From assembly GCA_039545335.1 (NCBI GenBank), contig BCIN01000005.1:834641-898640 (forward strand): a stretch of 64,000 nucleotides of DNA, written 5' to 3'. The notes under the pieces were generated by a model. It made no database searches. It saw nothing but the letters and a program-made list of their open reading frames with translations, and was not told the origin of the DNA. Positions 24,401 to 40,321 of the stretch are shown piece by piece. Position 1 is the stretch's first letter; the number at the start of each line of letters is the position of its first letter. The DNA comes from Kondoa subrosea. Lineage: Eukaryota. The translations under genes and the position numbers were made by a program.

Positions 24401-25147
24401 TTCCCTCAAAGCGTCTCAACAAACCGCTCTATCCTCCTCATCTGAAACTTTCAGTCATCAATTAGCACCAGTCAAGATTGATCTTGAAGCTACACAACAT
24501 GATCTAGCTAAATCTAAAGCTGAAACAGTGGAATTGAAAGCTTTGGTGGAGAAAACTCAAGCGAGTCTAGAAGAGAGTCAAACTACTTTAGCTCAAGCTT
24601 TGGATAAGAGCGGACAAGTATCTCCTGAGTCGGATGAACTGAAGCAGTTGAAGCGGAAATTAGCAGAGGTCAGTACGATGGTCTTCTATTCGGTTTTATA
24701 CTGATGCGGAGTTCATCATGGTCTGACAGGCTGACGAGAATTGTCAAATCATTCAAGAAGCTCTAGCATCAACTACTTCTTCCTTCACTGCTCGAGAAGA
24801 AGAACTACAAAGTATGCGAGAAAGAGAATTGGCCGTAGCTGAAGAAAGACATGTTAAAGCGCTCAAGGAATCAGCTGATCAGTTGGCCGCACTACAAGCA
24901 GAACATCAAGAGACTGTCAGGAAGCTAGAGCAAGAACTACAGGAGCGACCCAGTGGTCATGTTAGGCAAAGCAGTCAAGAGCTGGTACGTCGAGTTCTTG
25001 TTTGCGGAAGGCGTAAAAACTGATGATGAGTAGGCTGCACTACATAGAGCCCATAACGACAAGCTCAACGATATTTCAAAGCAATTAGAAGCAGTACAAG
25101 AAGAGAATCATAGATTGAAGCTGGAGATGTCTTTCATGAATCAGGAA
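20858..25147 (+). repeat. Segmental direct duplication, right copy (~4.3 kb)
   Basis: Colinear with 14583-18865. Confidence 0.97.
21610..21849 (-). CDS. Small Cys-motif Oxidored-like protein, copy 2
   Basis: MESTQPSEEDIKEF...ACCGSSCKPCVKDLYKEEVNLWKECRGLLEW; intact, 79 aa. Confidence 0.75.
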   Translation of the reverse strand: MESTQPSEEDIKEFVESYAAMHRLATTRKKQLLKICLNADPPAALELDACCGSSCKPCVKDLYKEEVNLWKECRGLLEW

Positions 25148-25150
25148 TGA
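21946..25150 (+). CDS. Long coiled-coil protein with basic S/T/P-rich N-terminus, intact right copy (11 exons)
   Basis: All exons join in frame from MAEPVVEST to ...RLKLEMSFMNQE, with TGA at 25148-25150. E/Q/K/L heptads run throughout the C-terminal two thirds. Confidence 0.85.
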
Positions 25151-25355
25151 AGCGTAACTATAAAGCAGGGGAGTGATTAGAACAGCATGCTTATACCTAA
25201 TACATGTAACGCGGGTCCATCGCGACAGAAACTGACTCGACTTGATTTCCCCAACATCAGGTCTCCTTGCTTTGACCTGCTTGTCTTCCAACGAAAGTTT
25301 TCTGCTGGTCTTTCTTCGCGCATCTCTCACATTCCTTTCTACAACTCTACATACA

Positions 25356-27253
25356 ATGGCACCCGTTCGTTCCACTCGCTTATCTGCTATTCTCATGCAC
25401 TGCCTCTGACAAATTGAGCGCGCTTTTATTTATTACATATCTAGGCAATTGCAGCTCCCATTCCAGGCCAGAGTGAGCTGCATTGACCTGGTATGTACAT
25501 TGTGTGCTCACCGGCAATGTCGATCACAGAAAGGAAGACGAATTGGTCAAACATCGCAGTTGGAGGTGTAATGAACGTACGTCTGCCTCTCCAACACGCT
25601 CTGTGAGCTTCTGCAGACACGTGGAGATACAGATGTTCGAAGTTACCACCCTTGGACAACCGCTCGAAGTATTGAAGACTCAAATGGCAGCAAATAGGTC
25701 GGGTTGCATTCTTTGGAATAAGCCCTTTGAGCTTACCTCATTCTGGCACCATGACAGATCTCAGACTATGAATCAAGCTTTCAAGACTGTTTGGCAGCGA
25801 GGTGGTGTCTATGGCTGTGAGTTCGACAGAAGGTACTTGAGACTTGTTCTCATAAGTCTCCTTGTCTTCACAGTCTATCAAGGTCTCATCCCATGGGTTC
25901 GTCTATTCTTGCATAACCAGTTCTTGGTTGGAGACTGAGACTGACGAACAGGCCTGGATTGAAGCATCATCAAAAGGAGCTGTCCTGCTCTTCGCCGCAG
26001 CGGAAATTTCTCAAGTAGCTACAGATGCAGGAATAAGTCCTGCTACTGCTGGTCTATTAGGTGGGATGGGTGGAGGTGTTGCGCAAGCTTACGCTACAAT
26101 GGGTGCGTCCTAGCTGCCGAGAAAGTCGTCTCCGTTATTGACTGTCACGTTCTGGAATTGTACAGGTTTCTGCACGTGCATGAAGACGGTCAGTATATAC
26201 GAATGCTCTGTTCTGCCGAGGCTGATTCAGGCTCGCCTACTACTGACAGGCCGAGATCACTAGACACAAACAAGCTGCAACAGGTGTAAAACCACCTGGT
26301 ACATGGTCTGTCTTTATGGATATCTACAGACGAGAAGGTCTAGCAGGAATCAACAAGGGTGTTAATGCCGTTGCGTGAGTTTTGGTAGGAAACAATTCAG
26401 TCTTTAAGCTGATACATTTTTTATCATTCTACAGACTGAGACAAATGACCAATTGGGGATCAAGGTGCGCAAGATTGCAGAAGATTGAGTCTAGCGTTCA
26501 TTCTTCATACTCATCCTGAGCACAGAATGGGTTTCGCTCGATTAGCAGAACAATCTATTCGCAAAGCTCGTGGAAAACGTGAAGGCGATCGTCTTGGAGC
26601 ATTGGATAGGATAGCAGCTAGTTCTATTGGAGGAGCTTTGGGTTGCTGGAACCAGCCTATTGAGGTCGGTGCAGTGATGCAGAATTTGGCGTAAGCTGAT
26701 TACTAGACATTCCACTAACAGGTCGTCAGAGTAGAGGCATGTCAGCTGTTCTATTCGATATCTGGTTGCTAAGGTTAAGAACAGATGCAATCTATGGCGA
26801 AAGGAACAGCTAGCACGAACAGACCAGCGAAATTGACTGTCTTCAAGTGAGCATCTGAGCAAGTAACAATTGATGTGTGCTGATTAGCTTCTGGGTGTTG
26901 CTTACAGCACGCTGAAATACATTTACACCGAGAACGGTATCAAGGGTCTTTACAGAGGTGTTGCACCGCGTATCGTATGTCTACATACTTACAATGCATG
27001 TTGTCGCGTGCTAAGCCATCTGTCGTATTACAGGGTCTTGGTATTTGGCAAACAGTGAGTAATCAGATCCAATAATTCAAGTTCTGCTTCAAATCTTTCA
27101 CTGCAGATCTGCATGGTGTCAGTACTCTATGTCAATCAATCAGAATTGTTCTGATTTGCTTGACTGAATACTTACAGTTCTTTCGCCGATTACGTACGAG
27201 AGTTTTTGGCCGGCAAATCGTCTTCCCCTGCCGTTTCTACAAAAGCGCCATAA
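25356..27253 (+). CDS. YHM2: Mitochondrial carrier, Yhm2-type citrate/oxoglutarate carrier
   Basis: Spliced product [23 protein letters not shown]...[22 protein letters not shown]...[21 protein letters not shown]...[22 protein letters not shown]...WNQPIEVVRVEMQS...[21 protein letters not shown]. Confidence 0.93.
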
Positions 27254-27572
27254 ATACAGGTATGTGTACTAGCCTAGTGCCAGCTGTTTCAGATACTCAT
27301 CTCCCCGCGCTCAGGCTCTACAAACAAAAGGTCAGCCAATGTCTGCAATAGGAAGGTCAACTTCTTACTTCGTAGCCAATTCTTGACAGAACGGTTCTAT
27401 CGCCTCGTAAGGGTTTCAAAAAGGTGTCAGAGTCATGCAATGTAGCTCGTAGGGGTTATGCTGGGAAGTTTAGTACCGATTTTAGACAAGGGGCATCGCT
27501 ATAGAGGTAGTTTTGCGTGCATGCTATTTTATTTCGACTCTACACATCGCCAGAGGAACAGTAGTTCGGAAT

Positions 27573-28599
27573 CTAGCCTAGTACCTTGCCCAATGCTGCT
27601 TTGCCTAATCCACCTACGATCGATCCACCAAGACCACCGAAATTCGATAGCAGGGAAGAAGCGGCCATGCCGGATGCCTATAGTGTGAGTTAGACTTGAG
27701 ACACGGGAAAGCAGGACCTGATGCGTACCCATCGTTTCTTCGCATCTCGGTCTCTGTAAATACCCATCAGCCTCATGATCCAGCAGAATGGTCAGGCAGA
27801 ACTTACGCGTATGTATAACCCACTGAATTCGCTAAGCTGTACGTTCGCGGAAGGAGCACTATCAGCACAAAGCTGAAGAGCTTTCGCCAACACGTACTTA
27901 AATACCAGCGCCAACGCTACTATCGGAATGAAAGAAAGGTTGAACTTGAGTATCCCAACGAAAAGCAAAGCGATCCAAGCCGCAGGGAACTGTAAGTTTA
28001 ATCCAATTAACGTACTTCGTTGAAGTTTACACCATTAGAGTCACTTACTGCATATAGTGCTAACCAGAACATTCTGAACGACATATGAGTAACAGCACGC
28101 GAAACAGTACGAAAGCTTACTTTGCATCTACTTGATTCACTGGTACTGAAGGATCCCTGCTCTCGAATACCCAATACGAGCTCCCATCTTCATCTACCTG
28201 TTGCGTTTGTATTCAGCTTATATATTTTCACAACCCTTCCAAACGTTCCAGATTTACCTGATTCCAAAACCTCAATCCCACCAAAACTCTCCCGCTTACG
28301 TTCCTAACAGTCCAAAAATCCGCGCTGAGCAACAGTACGACCATGACTGTGCTAAAAACATAAGAAGAGGAGAAGAAACCACAAAGCAGATAAGTTGCTA
28401 TAGCTAATGAACGAAAGAGGAAGAGGAAAAGTAAAGCAACAGGATGAGAAGATTGTTCCCAAATGGATGGAACGGGTGTGTTGGCTTGCTGTTGACTTGC
28501 CATGGAACCTGTAGCTGCTGATGAAGAGGAAGTCGTGTTTGAGGCAGCATTGTTTAAAGGTTGCGCTGCTTCCAAATCTGGTTCTATAGTTCTGTCCAT
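27573..28599 (-). CDS. TVP23: Golgi membrane protein Tvp23 (DUF846 family)
   Basis: [27 protein letters not shown]...[41 protein letters not shown]. Confidence 0.93.
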
Positions 28600-29000
28600 C
28601 CTGAGGAGAGTGCGGAAGAGACGCAGGCGCGTAGAGCTGTGAGCCGCTTGAGATGTGTCGTGGATTACAGAAGACAAGCTTGTTGCTCTTGCACAGCGAA
28701 AGATAGAATCCCTGATACCCCTTGGACCTGCTAGAGAGCCTTGTTAGATCTACTTATACCCTTCTGCATCAATGTAGGTGCATTCCAGCTTCATCTATCG
28801 CTTTTCTACGTTTTCTCGGCTCTACTTGCGAACTCCTTGAGATTGCTTTGAATTGCTCTGAAAGTCTCTGTAACGCTGCATAAACATTGTATCTGCTATT
28901 CCTTCGATGTTCTTCACCTTTCAAGCGATATTGCACAATCTAGCAGCTGAAGATTAGATGCTCATATCACTATATAGTGCTAACAGCCTGATTCGTCAAC

Positions 29001-29598
29001 ATGGCCGCATTGGAGAGCACCGTCCTCTTTGACGACATCTTTACAATATCAGAAATGACAAAGAACTTTGATCGAGTAGCAAGAGTTACCGCTCGTTCAG
29101 AGAATCACGAAATGGATTTAATTCTAGACGTGCGTATTTCAATATACATCTGGTAATCAGACCCCTTACTGATCATCCTCGGTCGCTCACAGATCAACTC
29201 TGATCTTTATCCATTACAAGTAGCTGATCAAATTTCGCTCGCACTCGCTTCTTCTCTCTACCCAGAAGATCTGGATAAAGATATGGGAGTCAATTCTGAA
29301 CAAAGTGGGATGACAAGTAGCGCAAGGGATGCATGGAGACCTGGAAAAGGTGGTTTAGCTGATGAATACGAATACGTTATGGTTTGTCGTCCATTCTTCT
29401 GGCATAGCAAATCTACACGCTAAACTTGAATGGGATGAACAGTATGGGAAAGTATACAAATTCGACGAGAATACGGAAGATAGGGTTTCGGCATTTGCTA
29501 GTTTTGGGGGATTGTTAATGGGCTTGACGGGCAATTATAGGCATATCAGTTCAATCACTGTAGGTCAACAGATCTATCTTTTGGTGAGAAAGACATAA
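29001..29598 (+). CDS. RPB8: RNA polymerases I/II/III shared subunit RPABC3 (Rpb8), 3 exons
   Basis: LFDDIFTI...KNFDRVARV...MDLILDINSDLYPL...LADEYEYVMYGKVYKF...SFGGLLMGLTG. Confidence 0.96.
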
Positions 29599-29663
29599 AT
29601 GGAGTACGAAGACAAAAATGTATATATATTGGGGGAATCTACACTGGACTATGCCACCAAACT

Positions 29664-31006
29664 TTATTTCCTCTTCATGCCCAAGGCACCGAAAAGGCCG
29701 AGATGAGCAGACGATTGAGGTTGTTTGACTTGAAGGGCAAGCTTGCGTCTGACTTTGGCAGGCTGTGTCCGAACCACCTCGATCCTTACCTGTCCTGACG
29801 TTGTGTTATTACCGCGTGAGCCAGTTTGGGCAGTTGCCGATGGTTGGTAATAGCGATTTGAAGAAGCCGAGGCATACTTGGGCTGCTTGTACTGCAATGC
29901 GGCCTTTGCGCATGGATCAGTACCGTGGCTGGGCTTGTACTCGAGATCGTCTCACTAGGATCCTCTCATGACACTCGTCGAGTTCGTTCAAGAACTTCAC
30001 GCAATAACGCTGTTGGCCAGATTCCTGAACATGAATTTTAGAATCCTTGACCCACTGCAGCTCCTCGCGCTGGAGCTCAAGTCAGTACTGTGATCATTTG
30101 AGAAATGTTGGGCCTACCAATTCACCGGTCTTAACGACATAGAGGTCTTGCTTGAGCAGCTTCTCTACCCAAGTTTGCTGACCACGGGTATAGGAAAGTT
30201 CGACAGCATTAGAACGAGCCTGAGGGAGATCAGCTGATCTTCTGGGTTGAGTACGACTGGAGGTCGTCTTCTGATGGCGATGCATCTGAAATTATTGCCT
30301 TCTTCATAAGCAAGACGATACGAATAGTACGCTAAAAACTGACTTCAAAGTTCGTTTTAGCCTTGATCAGTTTGTCCTCCAGCTCAGTTTCGCCGAAAAA
30401 CTCTGCATTATCCATCAGAGGTTTGATTAGACCTAGATATATGTCCTGTTCGCGGGGTCAGCCTTTATCTCGAGCTGTTTATCTTCAGCTTACGATCTCT
30501 TCGTTGCGTAATTCAGCAGCTACCTCACTCTTGAGCAGCAAATATCCAGTCTTTCTTTCGTCATACCAGTCATTATACCCCGAATCAACAGACATGTTTG
30601 CGTCCAGCTAGTGCGTAAAAGTACTGTCCAGCGAAGGGGTAAAGATTGGATCAGAGAAGAGGATAAATGGCAATGATAGAGCTTCGTAGACAGAAGAAGA
30701 GAACAGAGCACCATAGCAAACTGGTTGATCAACAGCACAGCCCGAAAGAAAGGAGGCACTGTCTAGCCTTTCCAGCGAAGTAGGAGGGAAAGAGAGTTTA
30801 TACTACCAACTGACTGTAAGGCCTGACTTCAAGATGTTCTTTGAAAGCACAAGCGCGATTATCTTAGAATCGTCGCAACTAGAGGCGGTGAGACCCAAGC
30901 GATCAGAAGAAGAAGAGGAAGATTCAAGGTATTCTGTATATGAGCAATGGTCTACTCGAGCAATGCTATCTGCGACTTACTAACCAGATCTTCCAGCCTG
31001 TGACAT
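29664..31006 (-). CDS. Hypothetical multi-exon protein
   Basis: MSQAGRS|EYLESSSSSSDRLGL... with several GT-AG-bounded open segments (e.g. 30094-30285, 29664-29897). No recognisable domain; internal exons uncertain. Confidence 0.5.
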
Positions 31007-31156
31007 GTGAAATTACCACTACACAAAACTCCTAGCAGGTGTCCATAACATCTCCAAATCAACTCAACGGACCCATTAACCCCAAACTGAACGAAACACA
31101 ACGACCCTTGGAACCCTACTAAATCCCAGAAACCCAGAAAACAACGTATATGTAAG

Positions 31157-32019
31157 TCAAGCGTCGGCTAACGCTTTAGTGAGAATAGCTTGTGATTCTT
31201 GCGGTAGGTTAGCTGCTAGAGTATTGACTGCTGCATCTTGTCCAAGATGGCCCATTTTACCCCATGTCTTTTGTACAACGGAAATGACTTTGGCTGTGAG
31301 ATGAATTCAGCCTCGAGCCTGGAATGGGCCGTAACTAAGATCGTCTCACCTTCATCATGCTGATTTATAAAGTCCGCGAATTCGAGTTCCAAGAAAGTCA
31401 AGCAAACTTGAAGACAGAAAATGAGCTTCGCAACCAATCTTCTAGGCGAAGAAACTTACCGGCATCCTCAAACAGCTGCATCTCCTCATCTTGCCCTCCT
31501 TTGAGCGTTCGTTTCGTTAATAGATCCGTAACGCGAGTGAAGAGTTCTTCTTCTTCTGCTGGAATATAACCAGCTTGACTCATGAGATTCCTCGCTGCAG
31601 CTGAATGGAATTGTAGCAGAGTTGTTCTCCCTGTAAAACATGATATTCAGTCATTCGTTTCCCCTTCCATGTAGACATTTAGACGAACATCGCTTATAGC
31701 CTACTACACCATCTGGATATGAGGACCTCGCTAATTCCCATCTTCGAATATGTTGTGATTGAGCAGCAAGGCAAAGTGATTCAGAAGGTGGTAAATCAGC
31801 ATCCTTGGCTAATTGCAGCACCCATTTCAACAGAGTCTGGTGATAGATAACGGAACGAGTTGTAGAGTCAACCTTTTGCGGACTACATGAGTAGCGTCAG
31901 AATCTATGTCCGATCGTGTTGCGAGAAGCATGAGCTGACTCTTCCATTGCAGCAGACTTCATCAATTCAGAACATTTGCGGTATCTGTCCGTCGACTCAA
32001 AGGGCATAGACTCAGTCAT
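31157..32019 (-). CDS. DUF4202 family protein
   Basis: Spliced product [32 protein letters not shown]...MSQAGY...RVTDLLTKRTLK...MQLFEDAVCLTFLELEFADF...VISVVQKTWGKMG matches the DUF4202 pattern AARxQHxxRWExPRxxYP...GYxxWR...LEDxxCLVFL...KTWxKM. Confidence 0.85.
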
Positions 32020-32192
32020 GGTATCTTTTTGTACAGGTTCACAGACAAAGAAGCAAGATTATCGTTGTGCACTGAGAAAGAGCAAAAGCGAAAAATCAAC
32101 AATCGAGTCGCATGAATTATCGTGAGTCGGATCGGCAAAACTTGTACGGACATGATGTACATTGAGTAGTATCACATCCTGCCTCATGCATC

Positions 32193-36010
<3,818 letters not shown>

Positions 36011-36645
36011 GCTTGCGGGCTATGGTATGATCCACACAGAAGGCTATGGTATACCAGCTAGCAGGATGGCCTGCAAAGAGGATATTTCGACTTCCGAGTC
36101 GTTGATGCAGGAGAACGAATTTAAGCATTAATGCTTCTCGTTTCAATACGGCCAACTCTGAGCGATGGCGATCGCGCCATAGATAGCTGACGCATTCAAG
36201 TCGCATGATCCGCACTTTATTGCGGACCTTCTTTCGCAATATTCAGATCATATGCAATCAGTCTCACATTGATTGCTTGATTGTCATTAGCTGGCGTTAT
36301 ATCCGCCGCCGTTGCAGGTCGGAAAGAAACCTTAGATTGCCTGCTACATTCTTCGATGCACTTTGTCATGTGCCTGCTTTGTTGACGTTTCTCTCTTGTC
36401 GTCAACCTCTCGATCTGTTTGTCAGCGAGCTCTTCTTCTCTCTGTCTCTCTCCTTGGCATAAGAGAATGACATAACGGGCTATAACTTGTTCCCCACTCG
36501 TCTTCTATCGTTTCACTACTCCCTTTCGGAGGGCGTAAAACGAATATTTAGAGCGCTTTCGATCCTAAAACGATCATCTGTCGTCTCTTCTCTACGGCGA
36601 CCAGCTCTTGAGCTTTTAACCCCTTCATGCTGATTGCTCGCACAA

Positions 36646-38145
36646 ATGTCCTCCTTCGATATATCAGGCGTAGGCGCAAGACAGCGTTCAGCTAGAGTGA
36701 GTTCTCTCGTGTTTAGCATCGAGTGAGGACTGAATCAAAACCGTCTATAGCGCCAATCCTCTGCTGCACCATCTCCAACATCAAACAACACAAACACCTT
36801 CTCAGATCAAGAACTTCTCCGGTCCTTTTCTGAACTATCTACCAACCCAGGGTCCCAGCTACCTACTTCAGACATTGCTCAAAGCCGTCCTGTGAGTTTT
36901 AGAACTCTATTTCTTGTCCTCTATAAGATTCTGACAATTGATACCTTTTTCACGTGAATAGACGTCAGAAGCAGCTTCAGAACCGCTACATCGCCGGAAT
37001 TCGTCGCTAGTCCGCTGTGAGGCTTCTTGTGCTCAAGCTACAGTAGCAAGTACTCGGCTCACAATTAGTTTGTAGCGGATAAGCGGTCCTATGGCTCACC
37101 GGGCACTCCGCCTCCAGTACGCGAAGCGCCGAGAAGAAACTCTATCTTTTCAGATGTTGTTGTTCCTATCGATATACGAGGTCGTACGCGATGTGGATCA
37201 GAAGATGGTTCCGATACAATTTATGGGTCGAGCGCTGGTCCAAGAAGAGCAGCTTCGCCAATTATTTCGAATTCGTCATCACGAAGCTCAATCAACAGAC
37301 TAGAATCGCCTTTGTCCTTCCCAATGGACGAAGATCAACCTGGATCTCGTTCTCGCACTAGCTCAGGGGATACGGAAATCTCAGAAGAGGACTCCACCTA
37401 TTCTTCTCCTACCTTACCATCTGACATCTCACTACCTCGATCTTCACTCTTCTATCCATCTCGTACCCCGCTTTCTTCATCTAGAGTGTCAACTTCAACC
37501 GCTCGAGCATCCCCTAAGTCAAATCGACCGTCACCCAGTTCTTCGGTCCCACCTCCTCCTCTTGAGCATCCATCTTTGCGCTCTATTCCTTACTATGGTC
37601 GTTCCACTCCAGCTGATTCCATCATGGCATCACTCGCAACCCCTACACCACAAGACGATGCTACTGTTCTGTCCTTCGGAGGAGGAGACTACCTTTCCTC
37701 TATTGCGTCAGCTGGTAAATCGACCAATATTGATGCTTCAACCGCTCGAACATCCCCTAAGTCAAATCGACCGTCACCCAGTTCTTCGGTCCCACCTCCT
37801 CCTCTTGAGCATCCATCTTTGCGCTCTCTTCCTTACTATGGTCGTTCCACTCTAGCTGGTCCCATCATGCCATCACTCGCCACTATTACACCAAAAGAAG
37901 TTTTCGAATCTACTTTTCTGTCAAAGGCAGCAGACTATTTCGACTTGGTCAATCGGAACAGACCTACTAATATAGTGGTTCAAAATCCTGTGGTTGAAAG
38001 AAGACCGGCCAGGAGAAGTTCTGGAGCCACATTTGATTTAGGAATCGATAGCGGTTCTGCTGGTCGAAGGAGAGATATGAGAGGCAGAAGAGTTAGTTTT
38101 TCTCTGGAGAGTCATTCGTTTGGTTCGAGTGGTGGGTCAAGATGA
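36646..38145 (+). CDS. Hypothetical Ser/Pro-rich disordered protein with internal duplication
   Basis: MSSFDISGVGARQRSAR|RQSSAAPSP...|TSEAASEP... spliced to the 37091 and 37312-38145 ORFs. Middle exons uncertain. Confidence 0.55.
37493..37893 (+). repeat. Intragenic direct repeat, period 243 bp (37493-37650 / 37736-37893 near-identical)
   Basis: STAR(A/T)SPKSNRPSPSSSVPPPPLEHPSLRS(I/L)PYYGRST occurs twice at both DNA and protein level. Confidence 0.95.
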
Positions 38146-38360
38146 CGTTACTTTGGTTTGAAGAGCTGAGTCACTTGGGATTGACTGTGGATGAGAGAGA
38201 AGAGGGAAGGTATTGGACATTCTGCTCGGCTGAAAATCGGTGCATCATACAAGACAATAACAAGCTCCAAAAACCGCCTATGTTATGCATTAATTACCTC
38301 TGGAATGATTTTATCAATTGTAGCATGGTCGGAAAAGATAAGCCAGTCAATTGTAGGATT

Positions 38361-39049
38361 TCAAAAGCTGAAAATCAATAATTTCCTGTAAACCACATTC
38401 AGTAGCAGTGCAGGAACGTTGTGCTGTAAGCAAAGATGAATAAAGCAGCTACAAAGGATTAAGAAGCGAGCACGCGGATCAGGAAACCGAGAGCAGAGAA
38501 GAACTAAAAAAGCACTTCGATTGCAATAAACGTCCCCAAAAACGATTGTGACTCCGAAAGACTTCGTTATTCTTAGCGCAATGCTCTGAGGATGTATGTT
38601 CTTCGTTTTTCTTTTTCTCAAGCGCATTGAACTGAAAGAGACACGATGTTCTGTGAGGCGACACAGTGGAGTCAGCTTGCATGTCAAGACTCAGCAGAAT
38701 TTGCACCTGCTTTCACATCTTCGTAGATTAAACCAGAAGGTAAAGTAGTCTTCTTGCTTGGCTCGATCGCGCTTGTAGAAGGAGAGGGAGTGGTAGCAGC
38801 GGGAGTGGTAGCAGCTGAAGCAGCAGCGGTAGCGTGGCAATCGCCTGATTTAGCTACCTGTTATTGAGCTCTCATGAGCTTCTTCTTTTGGTTCTGCACG
38901 AAACCAAAGCGCCATCAGCCCTGAGTCTGATCAGTAACGCCATCAATACGCACCTGTAATGAACCTTCGATAGAATCATTGCCAGCGTACCAAGCAGCGG
39001 CAGCAGCCTTCTTAGCCGAGTCATCGACCTCCATGGAAAGATCGTCCAT
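38361..39049 (-). pseudogene. Short spliced ORF containing an FKBP (Fpr3/Fpr4-type)-like fragment without the PPIase core
   Basis: MDDLSMEVDDSAKKAAAAA...|...PSKKTTLPSGLIYEDVKA(G), followed by an intron and unrelated sequence. Confidence 0.35.
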
Positions 39050-40321
39050 TTGAGTATCAGCAGATACAGTCTGAGCTTTAGTAGCCGCGCAGCTTTCTTA
39101 TTCTGTAATTTATTCCCGAAACAGGTAAGTCACAGCGACTACTATTACATGGAGGATAATCAGGAAGGAATGTCATCAGTAGAAGCAGCAACAACTTCTT
39201 GATATCGTTCCCATCGGAAACTAGAGGCGCATATTTAGGCATAGGTTGCGTTATCCGGATTATACAAGCGAATAGTGGAAGAAGAAGGTAAGATTTCGTA
39301 ATTTTAGTGCCTGCACAAGTGTCAAATTGTTCGTCCATACAAACTGGGCATTCGACAGGATGAATTGGGAAAGGTGCACCAGTCATCATTTCATGGCAAA
39401 AAGGAAGATCACTTGATGGATTTGAGTTTTGTTGCGAGCAAGAACATTACGACGAGAAGAAGAAGAAGGAGAATGTATGTCTTGAGCTTTGAAAGGAGCA
39501 TCACCTTAAGCTATGCAGCCGGAAATACTGGATTCGACAGGACATGCTTCGGAAGCATTGCTAGTAAGACTGGATTGCAGTAAGACTCCACCCATAGCGC
39601 TATTGTTGCAGGAAAAGACCTCATATCCTGCATGCACATCTTGCCCTAAAATTCGACCGAGCGAATCTTTGGTTGATAGCTTTTGCGTGGGTCTCTTGGC
39701 TTATGAGTGGGCCTGCTCTTGAATGTAGGCCACTGTTACCAGATAGGTCGCCATCGGGTCCTCGTACTGTCCTCGTTGCGAGAAGACCCGCTTACACTAT
39801 CAACAAGTTGTTTTCCAGTGTTGGCCATTGCTATCCTCTGCTATTCTACTCCTAACGCCAAGACCTGTGCTCGTCGAACAGAGCGGCTCGTCCAATCACA
39901 AAACTTGTTTGAGCTCTGTCCTGTGACAACACTGTTGCCAATTCAACGCTCAGGCATCTTTTCCGCCCACGCTTCTGCTATCACGTTCAGCTGTCCATGC
40001 ATCTATGTTTGTCTGTGCTTTATTCAATGCCTGCTTGCTATTCGAATGATGCTATAGTAACGGAGATATAAGCCCGCTCGCGCTGTGCTTCTTGCTTCGT
40101 CTGGCGTAGTAAGAATCTTTTGTGCGCATGCTCCTCTGACAGCCGAACCTCCGGCTCTCTGTAGACTGGCAATCTTCTCCTTTTGCTTCTTCTACAACTG
40201 CAGTACTTCTACATTCCGCTCATTTTTCATAATACCGTCTTTTTACTTTTACTGTCTTTTCTGAAGTGCTCCTCTCTTGACCATCTTTGGCTTCGCAAAC
40301 GTTGCTCTTATCGCCGCAAGC

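Noticed and set aside
14583..25147. Duplication interpreted as an LTR retrotransposon or composite transposon
   Set aside because: The repeats contain ordinary intron-bearing host genes. No TG..CA termini, TIRs, target-site duplication, gag/pol or transposase motifs were found.
31069..31140. Interstitial telomere repeat
   Set aside because: There is no exact tandem TTAGGG unit, only irregular G-runs (kept as a low-interest G4 candidate).
39050..40321. Short ORFs or an ncRNA in the long gap upstream of GT2
   Set aside because: No convincing spliced frame, tRNA cloverleaf or snoRNA box pattern was recognised; treated as promoter/5' UTR.
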